The position numbers were made by a program, and so were the translations under genes. Shown here piece after piece: positions 12,717 through 25,260 of a stretch of 64,000 nt of DNA (position 1 is its first letter; each line of letters begins with the position of its first letter). The notes under the pieces were generated by a model. That model saw only the letters and a list, made by a program, of their open reading frames with translations. It had not been told where the DNA came from and did not search any database. Source of the DNA: Hydrolagus colliei (lineage: Eukaryota); NCBI GenBank assembly GCA_035084275.1, contig CM068748.1, positions 11,098,001 through 11,162,000 of the forward strand, given 5' to 3'.

Positions 12717-13808
12717 TCATTATCAGATGCAGAAAATACCAGATTTAACCTGGCTGTCTTTGATAGGGGTGATCTGACAATCTGCTCATCTTGGTGGCCT
12801 GAATACAGCCAACAGTACTCCCACCCACACAACAGATCCTTAAGGAACCATGAAATGAAGTAAGGGCAAGCACTGAAACATAACCTGTCAAAAGTCATCA
12901 GACATTTCAAAGTGAATGCGACAACTGAATTTACATTGCTATTCATATGCCACATGTAAACCCTAGTGCCCAGAGGCTGCATGAGTCTACCAAACAGCTT
13001 AAGTCATCCATCTCTATTATTTTAACTTGCATACATTTTGGTAGTATGGGTTCCAAAACAAAGATCCCAAGAGGCATTTGATATAAGGAAAGATTCTAAA
13101 AACTCTTCTATGGACACTCATGGATAAAATGCATTAAGGCTAATTTATAAATTTAATTATTTACCATCATTCAAAATTTCAACAGTTGTTTGTACTTCCC
13201 ATTAAAAAAAATTGTCTGGCAGCATATTCCTATATCACCATTAAACAGTTCAGTTTATATATAGCAGTGCTACTTCATTGACAATTTGCATACTCTCCAA
13301 TAGTATAAATCTACTATCCTATATTACTTTCTTAGCTTAAGTTATTTTTAGGTATTTTGTTCAGGTAATAAAAAACTATTATATTTTGACAATCACATAT
13401 ACATGAAATGAATACCATTCAAAGCAAGATTTAAAAATTCTAAATGATTTTAGTAATTATCAAAACTTGTGAAAGCTAAAGACAACTGAACAATCAGTTT
13501 TGCGCCATAGGGCAACGTTTGCAAAATTTCAACCAACATTAAAAGGGTTGAAGGGAGTGAGATTCAAGTAGAAGACGATTGTGAATTTCAGCTACCATTT
13601 GTTAGAAAAAAAGATGAACATAATTGAAGGTCTTCAAAATGAAAAGGTACAAATTATATGAAAACTGAACGAGAGAATAACTGTTTCCTAAACCCCAAAC
13701 CCACAAAACAAGAATGGTCAATGTGAGGAACAGACTCTCAACAAAAACTGTTTTTTTTAATGTCAGTTAGCACATGTGTAATGTTCAGTTGTGATCAAAG
13801 GTCTAATA

Positions 13809-15248
13809 CAGTAGAAGCCCGTTTATCCGTGACTCGATGAACTGGCACTTCCATATAACTGGCACGCCAAAAAAAAAGTCCCCATTCGATAAACCGGAAC
13901 TTATCCAGAACAATAGCAGTGGAGCATTTGTAAATGCATAAATAGTAACACAATATTGTATTGGTACTTATTGTTAAAACTACTCTCTTGCACTTCTCAC
14001 CTTTGCTGGTAGATGCTGCGCTTGAAGCCATGATGCTGCAGTTGAGGCTTATAGTTCAGCGATTCTTTATAAAATGGAGCACGCCAAGCGGGTGAAAAAA
14101 ACGGAGCGCGACTTTAAAGCCTTACTAGCGGCAAGCCGATAATGCTAGCCGATAACCCACATTATCGCGCAGGTGCAGTATTTCGGTTTGCCGCTAGTAG
14201 AGTCTAGGGTTATCGGCTTGCCGCTAGTAAAGTCACGCGACTTTAAAATCTCGCTGCCGTTTTTTTCACCCGCACAGCATCCTCCATTTAAAAAAGAATC
14301 GCTGGACTGTAGGGTCTGTCGATATGGAAATTTTCCGATTTAGATATATCGATGGGCTCATATCGAGATATACCGAGATATTGATATTTTCGGGGTTTTC
14401 GTACTGCGCATGCGTGTGCATTGCGCGCGCATTCGGTGGTGCGCGCGCATTTGGGGCCTATCTCCTCAGGAGGTAAATATCTCTCTCTCTCTGTGTGTCT
14501 CTCACACTCACTCTCTCCATCTCTGTGTTTTTCTGTCTGTGTCTCTCTCCTCTCTCACATCCCCCCCATCTCTATCTATCTATCTGTATATTATCACATC
14601 CACCCCGTCTCCTCCTACCCATTTGTCCCCTCCCCACTGTCCCTCTCGCCCCCCACTCCCCCCGCCGCCGTCCCTCTCTCCCCCCCGCCGCCGTCCCTCT
14701 CTCCCCCGCGCCGCCGTCCCTCTCTTCCCTCCCCCCGCCGTCTCTCTCCAACACCCCCCCGCCGTCTCCCTCCCCCCCCTACCCCTTGCATACCTGTATA
14801 TTGTATTCGAGGACTATGAATACAATATGGCGGCTTGCACCTCGGTCTGTGCATTGTGTATAGAGATGACCATTCTGGATCTTGTAGTTCAGTGCGCGCG
14901 CATTCCGATCTTTCGGATATATCGATATTTCGAAAATATCTATATCGGCATATCGATATGAAAATTATATCGGATACAACCGATATAACGATATATCGCA
15001 GGACCCTACTGGACTGTAAACCTTTATCAGTAAAGGTGAGAAGCGCAAGAGAGTAGTTTTAACAATGAGTACCAATACAATATTCTGTTATTATCTGTTA
15101 TTATTTAATCTGGTGTGTATGGTGTGTGTTAAACAAACTTAATTTTTTTTGTGGTGGGTTTTCGGCCGCGGGCCGCCCGAATATCCGGCAGGCGCTTTAA
15201 CCGGCATTGGCCAGATACCGCGAGTGCCGGATAAACGGGTTTTTACTG
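13809..15248. mobile_element. Tigger/pogo-like MITE, copy B, with nested inserts
   Basis: TIRs CAGTAGAAGCCCGTTTATCCG and CAGTAAAAACCCGTTTATCCG with TA on both sides. Internal inverted arms of about 60 bp at about 13951-14010 and 15025-15085. Confidence 0.92.
14310..15008. mobile_element. Non-autonomous hAT (Ac-like) element
   Basis: TIRs TAGGGTCTGTCGATAT and TAGGGTCCTGCGATAT, perfect 8-bp TSD CTGGACTG (14302-14309 and 15009-15016), repeated subterminal CGATAT/ATATCG motifs and a C-rich interior. Confidence 0.92.
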
Positions 15249-16245
15249 TACAATGTTAAAAAGAGTCTTTCTTGACAGATGCTATTGCTCTTATTAATTT
15301 TATAGACCGACATTTTACATGGAGATTAGTTCCAATTATTCAGATATATTCCCATGAGCTAGGTTTTAAAGCGTTAGTATAATCTGCTCAATTGGACCAG
15401 AAGTTTGTCCACGCAGCAGATGAGTGCTTAAGGAATACTAAAGCATTTTCTACATAATTCATATATTGTACTGACAGGAATTGTCAACACTATAATCGTC
15501 AATCTTTTTGTAATAATCCTGGTGTGTCTGAGGCATTATTTCTTGAGCCAATAATAGAAGAGGAGGGTCATTGTTTTGTTCAGCTAAAGGAATCAGTGAT
15601 CCAAACTTTCCTGACAGTTATTAGAAGAGCAACACACGTATCAGAAAATTTACCTCTCAACTGAAAGGAATGTGTAAGGGTAACCATTAATTTATTCAGC
15701 GGAAAATTGCTCCCTCTTTCAAATTAACTGATTAATGCACCGATTTAATGGTTGTTTCCTCGTCAGATCATGATCTCACACAACTAGTTACAATCAAAGA
15801 AGAATGTAGGCACGAGAAAACAAGATTTAATTCAGTCAACTGGCTCCTTCATTTAGGTTCACATTTAAAAATTGGTACAGTAGTGACAAAATGACAAAAA
15901 TGGAGCAAGCGAATTACAGCAACTAACTTCAATATCCTGAAACCGGGAGCCACAGGAAAACAAAGACTTTTTAAAAATTAATGAACAAGTTGAATTCAAT
16001 CCATTAGGCCTATGAAATCCTTATGTACTTAAGTGGAATATATTTCAACCTTGACAAAGAAATCTTTGGAGAATGGAAACCCTTTCAGCCTGTCCTGGGA
16101 GATTCTGGCTAATAAGGCTCATCTAAATCTGAACAATCTTGCATTTCATCCTAAAAAGGGAATCCTCATTAATTAATAAGTTGAAAATTACTGGGATTAG
16201 CGCAGGTACTCTAGCAATAAAACATTGTAAATTTTATAATATTAT

Positions 16246-16597
16246 GAGCTCCTGTAGCTTAGTGGTTCGAGCACTTGCCTTATAACATTGTAAGTTCCTA
16301 TAGCTCAGTGGTTAGAGCACTTGCCTTACGCTTGAGAGCTGTGTTTGAATCTGACCAGATCAGGGCGAAACCTTGGGCGAGTTTCCTTACTCCACATGCC
16401 TAATAATAATCCGTCTAAAAAACACCCACAATAATAAAAATTGGTCATTTTCAATCCTCGATTGTTTGTACGCAATCGGCTGCTGTGTTTCGCCCACAAA
16501 TATACAGTCAATTCACTTTACACTATATTCTGTGAAGTGCTTTGAGACGTCGATAAGATGTGAAAGGCGGTATATCAAATGCAAGGATTGTTATAAT
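16246..16597 (+). mobile_element. tRNA-derived SINE with duplicated head
   Basis: Two tandem cctRtagctYagtggtt.gagcacttgcc heads, body aaaccttgggcgagtttccttactccac, and L2-like tail. Confidence 0.9.
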
Positions 16598-16689
16598 TGT
16601 CCTGGAGTATAAGAATATGCCAATCGTCAATGAAGAAGCACTGCTATATATCACAGCAGACTCGCGAGGTTTATTAGACAATAAACTTA

Positions 16690-16923
16690 TTAGTCAATAA
16701 ACTTGTTCAGTCGATTGTGGATCGCTATCTGGGAGTAATAATCCCTCCCTCAAAAAATAAATAATAATTTGATCAGTGAATTCACGACTGTTTGCACGGA
16801 ATTTCTGTTTGCTGCTGTGTTCCGCCCATAAAACACTTTACAGTACAGTATATACTGTGAAGCGCTTTCGGACGGCTAAACAATATGATAAGGTGCTATA
16901 TCAAATGCAAGGCTTATTATTAT
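16690..16923 (+). mobile_element. tRNA-derived SINE, 5'-truncated (long subfamily)
   Basis: cagtcgattgtggatcgctatctggg..taataatccctc and tail tgctatatcaaatgcaaggcttattat. Confidence 0.75.
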
Positions 16924-17580
16924 TTGTTGCCTAAAAGACAATATGAGTAAGCTACTTTTCAGGTTTGCTCTACAGCATGCCCAAGGGGAAGGCTGGCTCA
17001 TTGTGTATCAGGGAAAAAAATGTTTTGAAACTCATGCACGTTTCATGATAAGGTTGACTCCCATGTGCTTTTTAGCAGTATACAATCTGGCTGAATTGTT
17101 AAAGAGCTATATGCTTCATTGCTACGACAAGAAATTTGCTTGAACATACTGTTCAACAATTATATAACTCATTTTTTTCATTTAAGTATATTAAATCCTC
17201 AATGGAAAAAATAAAACAGAATAAATGTAATTGCATAGTTAGTACAATCTTTCATTTTCTAGAATAACACAGTAATACATCTCAAACTTGACAGCTGGGG
17301 ATGTCAAGTGGATGAATGTAAGCAGTATGTTTAAGGTAATGTGAACTCCTTGATATAAGTAATGCCTTCTAATTTACTGCAAGCTCTTAATCTCTTTTAG
17401 GGCATTCTTCTTCTGATTATTATTATTTGATTCCCAATAACACTATAGTGAGGAGTTGGGCTGCATAAATCGTATTACAATCTTCATCTACACTCATGAA
17501 CACCAATTCTCTGAAGATCAGTAAACTTACAGATGTTCATAGTGAAGTATCTTATTCTTACCACGCAATAAATGTCAATA

Positions 17581-18071
17581 CAGCTACCCCTCCCCAACTG
17601 CGGAGGATATGTTCCTGAAAACCCCCGTGGTTAGTGAAACTGCGGTTGGAAAATACAAGGCCCCATGGGAAACATGGAGATAGGGGGAGTAAGTTGTTTT
17701 TTCTTTTACTAAAAACAAAAAAAACACACAATAACCTAACAAAAACTAAGTGTTCAATAATGTTCAAATAACACAATAAAAAAAATTTAAAAAAAATAAA
17801 TTCATGTTATTTACCTTAATCCTAAGAGAGAAGCAACATTGCGGCTGGTTGATTGCGACATCGCAACTGGGTCCTTGAGCCAAACGCTAGCACAAAGCGA
17901 TATCGTGGCTGGTTGATGCGACTGGATCCTAGCGCCAAATGCTACCGTTAGTATTAAAACCCTTGGATACGCAAAATTCACTGCCGCGGTTGGCAAAGGT
18001 TGTCGCAGAGAGGCAACAGTGGATACATGAAATTCGCAGTAGAAAAACGTGCGGTTGGGGCGGGGTACCTG
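17581..18071. mobile_element. Tigger-like MITE (second family)
   Basis: TIRs CAGCTACCCCTCCCCAACTGCG and CAGGTACCCCGCCCCAACCGCA, TA-flanked. Confidence 0.85.
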
Positions 18072-18824
18072 TATGCTATATAATCGAAACATTACAAAGG
18101 CAATGTAACAGTGATGGATGTAAACTATCAGATTTTTGTTGAGTTGAAAAATGTAACTTGCAGAACCTTACGTGGGATAGTCAGAAGTTTTTCCAGTGGA
18201 TCAATTAAGTTTTTAATTTTAAATCCTTCCATAGCTCCACATCCTATTGGTTGCCACTACATCCTATCCAGTTGGATCACACTCTTCAGCCGTGTGATCC
18301 AACTAATGCTCTCCATTCTTCTCCTCTGATTTACTGGCCCACTATCAGAGATTGAGCTTGAACTATCACATTATGTTCTCTGGAGTTCTCATTTAAAATC
18401 ACTTCTCTTCCTAACTAAGAGACACCTGGTTATAATGTGGTTCACTAGATCCAATATCCCAGCCCCGAGTTGTTAGTAAGGCATAAAGTAAGTCAGTTTC
18501 TGGGTTTACAGGTTGTTACCGATGGTGGGTTGCACCATTAATGCCACTAACTCCACACTGAACGTACACAGAATATTCAACAAGAGAGGTCAGTGACGAC
18601 CTGATGATCTGGATATTGATATTTTTAATGCAGTAAGCCAGCTTGTCAGTGCCAGAGAAGCACTGGGCTTCTGAATAACACGTGACCACAGTAAATTCAA
18701 GCTATATAGAAGCCTATATTGAAGAGTGTTGTAAAAACGTTTCTCTGCATCTTTCTTTTAAAAATCTCATCACGGATTTCCTCTTCCTCTTCATGCATCT
18801 CTAAATTTTTCCTGGATCTCAATA

Positions 18825-19303
18825 TGTCATAATCAGGCTATTTAGTGCTCTGGTTAGATCGCACCTAAAGTACAGCATACAGTGCTGTACATAAGAAACC
18901 AGAATGATCACTAGTGTTGAGGAATGACCTATGAACAACAATTAGACAACAACTTGCATTTATATAGTGCCCTCCACTCCGAGTAGTGTCTCAGAGCACT
19001 TAATAGTGGTAGAGCCTGACTCCGAGCTGGGGAGGGGGGTTGATGAGGGCAGGTAAGCACTGTTGAAGAAGGAAAGCTATTGACTCAAATCTTACCTCAT
19101 AGAAGTACATCAAATTTTAAATGGGATGAAAAAAGTAAACCCAGACCATCACTGTTGAAGATGCAGCAAAAGAATATAATTTTAGAATAGTAAAAGGTAA
19201 TTCCAGACCACATACCAGAAGTTTCTCCTTACTCTATCAGGCTGCTTCATGAATGCGCCCAACATCCTGACCTCAACCTACAGTGGGGAGGGTATTCTGG
19301 AAG
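18825..19303 (+). mobile_element. Old CR1 3' fragment, interrupted by an L2 tail (about 18947-19070, -) and by the young CR1
   Basis: Translates to IIRLFSALVRSHLKYSIQ (compare LYRTLVRPQLEYCVQ). The 3'UTR tattctggaaggat matches the old CR1 tail at about 48437 and appears to resume at about 20848. Confidence 0.6.
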
Positions 19304-20847
19304 GATTCATAGATTCATAGAATTTTACGGCACAAAAGGAGGCCATTCGGCCCATCTAGTCTGTGAATCGCTCTTTGAAAAGAGCGATTCAATCCCACTG
19401 CCCTGCCCGCTCCCCATAGCCTAATAGACCTGTTCTCCCTAAATAAAGATCTAATTCCCTTTTAAAAGTTGTTATCGAATTAGCCTCCACCACCTTTTCA
19501 GGCAATGCATTCCAGATTCGAACAACTCGCTGAGTGAAAAATTTTCTACTCAGCTCCCCTCTACTTCGCCTTGAAACTATTTTAAATCTGTGACCATGAG
19601 TCACAGATTCACCCACGAGTGGAAATAGTTTTTCTCTATTTGCCCTGTCGAAACCCCTCATGATCTTATAAACCTCTATTAGGTCTCCCCTCAATCTTCT
19701 CTGCTCCAGAGAGAATAACCCTAGCCTATCTAGCCTCTCCTCATAGCTGAAGTCCCTCAATCCTGGCACCATCCTAGTAAATCTTCGCTGCACCCATTCC
19801 AATGCCTTCACATCCTTTCTGTAGTGTGGTGACCAGAATTGAACACAGTATTCCAGCTGAGGCCTCACCAAAGTCCTATAGAGGTTAGTCAGCACTTCCT
19901 GACTTTTGTACTCTATACCCCTATTTATAAAGCCTAGTATCCCATATGCCTTCTTAACAGCCTTGTCTACCTGTCCTGCCACCTTCAACGAGTCACTAAC
20001 ACAAATCCCCAGGTCTCTCTGTTCCTTCACACCATTTAAAATTGTACTATCTAGCCTATATTGCCTCCCTTCATTTCTTCTCCCAAAATGCATCACCTCA
20101 CACTTCTCTGCATTAAACTTCATCTGCCATGTGTCTGCCCACTTTACCAATTTGTCTATATCCTCTTGCAGATGGCTACTATCCTCCTCACTATTTACTA
20201 TTCTCCCTAACTTAGTGTCATCTGCAAACTTGGAAACTGTACTCCGTACACCCAAGTCCAGATCATTGATGTAGATTACAAACAGCAATGGTCCCAAAAC
20301 TGATCCCTGTGGCACACCACTGCTCACTTCCCTCCAATCTGAAAAACAGCCGCTCACTACAACTCTCTGCTTTCTGTCTCGCAGCCAGTTGTGGGTCCAC
20401 GCTGCCACTATCCCTTTTACGCCATGGGCCTTTAATTTCATAATAAGTCTCTCATGTGGCACTTTGTCAAATGCCTTTTGAAAGTCCATGTAAACTACAT
20501 CAACTGCGCTACCATTATCCACCCATTCCGTTACCTCATCAAAAAATTCTATCAGATTTGTAAGGCAAGATTTGCCTTTAACAAATCCATGTTGACTGTC
20601 CTTTATTAGCCTATATCTTTCTAAGTGAAGATCTACCTTGTCCCTGATTATGGACTCTAGAAGTTTGCCCACTACCGACGTTAGACTGACTGGTCTGTAG
20701 TTACCAGGCTTGTCCTTCTGCCCCTTTTTATACAAGGGAGTAACATTAGCTATCCTCCAGTCCTCTGGCACAACCCCTGTGTCCAAGGAAGATTGAAAGA
20801 TCGTGGCCAGAGTCCCTGCTATTTGCTCCCGTGCCTCACTTAGTAAG
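19304..20847 (-). mobile_element. Young 5'-truncated CR1 LINE (RT domain to 3' tail)
   Basis: About 485 uninterrupted codons of CR1 ORF2 (PEDWRIANVTPLYKKG, NYRPVSLTS, GVPQGSVLGP, KFADDTKL), stop at 19389, 3'UTR and (ATTCTATG/AATCTATG) octamer tail. Confidence 0.97.
19389..20847 (-). pseudogene. Partial CR1 ORF2 reverse transcriptase (no endonuclease domain, no true start)
   Basis: ORF 19389-20906. Its first ~20 codons are flanking DNA. The RT motifs are intact. Confidence 0.9.
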
Positions 20848-23800
20848 CTCAGATGATGGACGTCTTCGTCCAAACCAATTTTGTGATCATTTTTCACTGC
20901 TCCCACTTTTTATTTAGTGTTTTCATTTGTTCTTTCAATATAATTTACATTTATATAACATTTTATATCGGGAGGATCTGTCATAGCACTTTATGCTGCT
21001 GGTTATCCAAACTGCTTATTATAAGGTGTTGAATCATATCCAGATATTATAATATTCCAGTAGTTTTCTCCTCTAAGTCATTTATAAAAAGTATGACGAC
21101 AACCCAGAACAGACTGGTAAAATATACTATTTATTGGCTTCCTGGAGTTTTTCCTACTTATCATCTTCTGCTTCCAATGCCTCCTTGAAATCAGAGCTAT
21201 ATCAGCTGTATTGCCAAAGCTAAAAAGGTAAGTGCACCATCACTAGAGTGTGCATTGGACTGTTCCTCCCCAAGGAGGACATAACTAATAGCTGGCATTA
21301 TGGGTTAATGGTCAAAATCCTTAACATTTACAATAAATTGTAGGATCTTTGAATAGTTAATGAAACAAATCATTTAAAAGCTCATCTGCCTTCTCTACAA
21401 TTCAGTAATATCGATTAAATATAATCTATCGGATAAACCTCATTACGTATATTCACCTTTGTCCTGCACAAAATTACTGGTACTAATGTAGCTTTTTTTG
21501 TTAAAAGCCCCAAAAAGAGTATTTTATAATCAAGTTGTTCATGTGTGAAAACAAATGCATATTACAGCCATAATCATCCAATGTTATGCATGCCATCCAT
21601 AATTAAACTCTAATTTATACAGTGAAAAATGCTGAAAAAAGTACAATACAATTTACGGTTGAAATGCAACTGATTCACACTATGAACTTTCAGGCAAATT
21701 ATGCTGCTAACACCACCTTGTATTGGATTGGTCTCCCACTACCAGTACCCCTCCAGATTTGCTAATCCTTTTCTTAATGGCAGAAAACCTCTGATTTGCA
21801 TCAATGTGGTACATAAAGCTATTAATTTGTTTACATTATACTGGATCAAAGGATTTGTACAGTGTTCAAATATGGTCCATTAACAATGCTTTTAACAGGC
21901 TATTTTTAACATTATTAATGTACTGGACAAACTCTTGGTCTTTTAACAACATGAAAATGTTTGGTGTTGGTCAGAAGAGCTCTCTGTATGGGATAAACAT
22001 AAGCAAAGACTCTCTTAAAAAAGTTATCCATTAAAACTCACTTTCCTGCCTTTCCCCATAACCCACAACATTTCTATTTTCAACCAGTTGTCTCCACATA
22101 GTTTTTCCAGGCCGTTACAACTAAATGTGACACTGCAAATAATATTTTTATCTTCCTCTCAAAATGGTTTAAATCTAAATATACACCACAGAAATGTTTT
22201 GCTCTGCATTAACCAACTAAAACTTTAAATGTCTCACTTGCACTAACTAGATAGTGCTGTGCCAGTTGTTACAAGATAATGAAAATAAATGACATTCAAT
22301 TTTTTGGTGACTTTTTTGTTATTTTTTTTCTCTCCTGAGATTAATTGCTAAGTGTGTACATTCATGCAAGATGTTCCGGATGGAAGCACCATAACACTGA
22401 AAATCAGAGGAACGAATGTTTAAACAAGATCACTTTTTGCAAACTGGAAAATATATCCTGATCCAAGCGAGATCAAGCTACAATATCTTCCTGCTCAGCC
22501 ATTTCACATTGAAAATTGTCTGCTCCAAATCTCATGCTGAATTAAGCAATTACTTCCCTATCTACCCTTAAGCCCATTCTTGTAGTAATCAACCTCAAAT
22601 ATATCGAATAGCTGCCTTCGATATTGAATTTCACCTTCTTCGTTTTCCGAACTTCCTCATATCACAAAATGTGTTTGTTCAAACAGCTTTGTTATATTAC
22701 AAACAGCTGAACCAAACTGAACATCAAACAAAAACAATAACTTGGATATTCCACGATCTATCACAAAAGTCATATCTGTTTGCTCCAAGATAAGTCTATT
22801 CCTCTATCATCAAAGAAAGGAATGCTTTTTTAAAAAATTTGGATGATGTTTTTCTTATCTTCGTTGAAGCAGCAGGTAACAGAGGTTTATAAAATCCAAA
22901 TAAAAATGTTGAACAGTGTTGTAATTATTTTATGTTCTCCAGCTATTTCCTCCCTAACTTATATGGAACTAGGGTGTTCCATAACATTTTTACAGACTAC
23001 CCAGCCTTAGGTATACTCTTGACAGCGAATTCAAGCAAAACGATTATACAGTAAAAGCAAAATGCAAATTTGTGAACAATGATCCTGTTAGTCACGTTTT
23101 TAAAATCACTGAACATTGCAGGCCCAATTTTTTTTCAATCAAATTTGACTGATTATAACATCCACAGCTCTGGATATATATATTTCTCTCTTTAAGAAAG
23201 CTTAAATAAGAATGGTCACTCACTCCAACTGTGTAGCTTAGTAATAAAAGACAACCTGTCCAAACTATACCAAGTAGACTACATTGTTCTAGCATTGTCT
23301 TTTTGTAAGCTGCATTGTTGAAGCAATTTATAAATGTTTATAAATCTAGCAAGCACACTAAAATTATGAAAATAATATGCAATAAAATAATGTATTTTGG
23401 GACAGGGTGTTAGGTGAAGTGTTCCAGTTTCAATCAGACTTAAATTACCGCCTATTCCTCTGTTTTAATTCAAAAGCAAAGATCAATTTCAGGTTAAAGT
23501 AATGGAATTCTGCATCTGCTTTTAGAACTTTGTGTTTCACTAAAACAGCATATTCTAAGACGTCCTTTATTATTAGGCCCAAATTAGACTAAAATTATAG
23601 TTTTGAATATATTTTATGAATTAAGATTCAAAAGGACTAAACTTCCTTTCGTTGAATGCAGCAATGCTGTGTTCAAAACAGAAATCGGTCTTTTGTGGCT
23701 TAATTTAACTAACCAAGCCCTATTTACAGAATTGTATTTTATTTATATTAGCTTCCTTTATTATCATCTGTATGCCATCTGTAATACGTTGATGATTGAT

Positions 23801-24781
23801 ATAAATGGAGGCATGTGGCGTAAGTAGAATTCTTAATGATACAGGAGTTACATGAAATGACCCAACAGCTCACCAGTTAAATTGATTTGCGGGAATAATG
23901 CTATTCCTTTAATACAGCCACATAAAATGGATCCACGTACAATGAACAGTCTGTAGCTCCCCCTGTTGTTTCTTCCAAAATTTATCACCTTTAACATTAA
24001 AATAAATGTTCTGTACACCATTGGGCTGCTATTTACAGTTCTGATTATTGATTCCAAAGTGTCAATCTTACCTCTCTGCCAATCTGTCACCATCTAAAAA
24101 TAGCAGAAAAAATGTCATAGCCAAGACTGTACTGAACATTCTACTTTTTATTGCTAGTTGCATTTACTGATCAAGCCTTTTATGAAAAAGCAAAATCATC
24201 AACTAATTAATATAGGATGTGTTGAGAGAGAGTGAAAATCAATTAGTTTTGCAGACATATATATATCCTCAAGAAAAAAATCTTGATCAATTCAGGTATG
24301 AAAATTTGCTGTCTCATGGAATTAGTGATAATTGTTCATTTTAGGTTAGTTATAAAATATACAGTTCCATGTTCAGCGTCATTAATGCAGATCCCATTGG
24401 TTTCACTCCTTGGGTCCGAAACACTGACTGTCCAGCGCCTTGGGACATCCTCCCGATGTGAAAGGCGTTGTAGAAATGTAATGTTGTTGTTGTTTATTTC
24501 TCTTCCTCTGCACTAAACATTCTTCATCAACTGTGCTTACCTCGAACAATTAATAATTCTGATTTTGCAAATATAGTATATTTGTTTATGCTCAATTTTC
24601 AGACTCATAACTATGCTATAATAGCTTACCATCAAAATCAACTTGTCTCCACAGACCCCAGTCTGACAGTTCAGCGTCAAAAATGTCATGCCAAATTCCT
24701 TTCTTATCAGCTAGATTTAATTCCAGTCTTCCATTGCTAATCAAACCTTCTTCTTTGGCATTACTAAGCCAAACGTGTAGC

Positions 24782-25260
24782 AGCCTGGCACAGTGGTAGC
24801 ACTCACCACTGAGTCAGAAGTTTAGGGGTTTAAGTCAATGTCAGGACTTGAAGTCACATAGTCCATGATGACACTCCAGTCAGTGTTGGGAGTGTGCCGT
24901 CCCACATGAAGATGGCTATATAAATGCAAGTTGTTCTTGTGTTGCATTGTCATAGGTGCCGTCTTTTAGATGCAACATTAAATTGAGGTCCCATCTGCCT
25001 ATTCAGGTGGTGTTAAAGTTCCTGTGGCACTATGCAAAAAGAGTAGGGAATTTCTCTCTCCCGGTGTCCTGCGCAACAATCCACCACCCAAAAAATGTGG
25101 TCGTACCTTCCATGGCTACTTGTGGAACAAGGCTGCCATGTTTCACCCACAAAATACAGTAATTTACAATCAATACACATTACAATATATCCTCTGAAGT
25201 GCTCTGGGACATCTCAACAATGCGATAAGACATGAAAACAAATACAAGGATTATTATTAC
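24782..25260 (+). mobile_element. Deu-domain SINE with small internal L2-tail insert
   Basis: gcctggcacagtggtagcactcaccactgagtcagaag, attcaggtggtgttaaag, and tail aaatacaaggattattatt. An extra gctatataaatgcaagttgtt at about 24915. Confidence 0.8.

Noticed and set aside
14410-14961. Pro-rich and Gly/Arg-rich ORFs on both strands
   Set aside because: Stop-free by-product of the C-rich minisatellite inside the hAT MITE.
19906-20274. 122-aa + strand ORF
   Set aside because: Antisense shadow of the CR1 RT.
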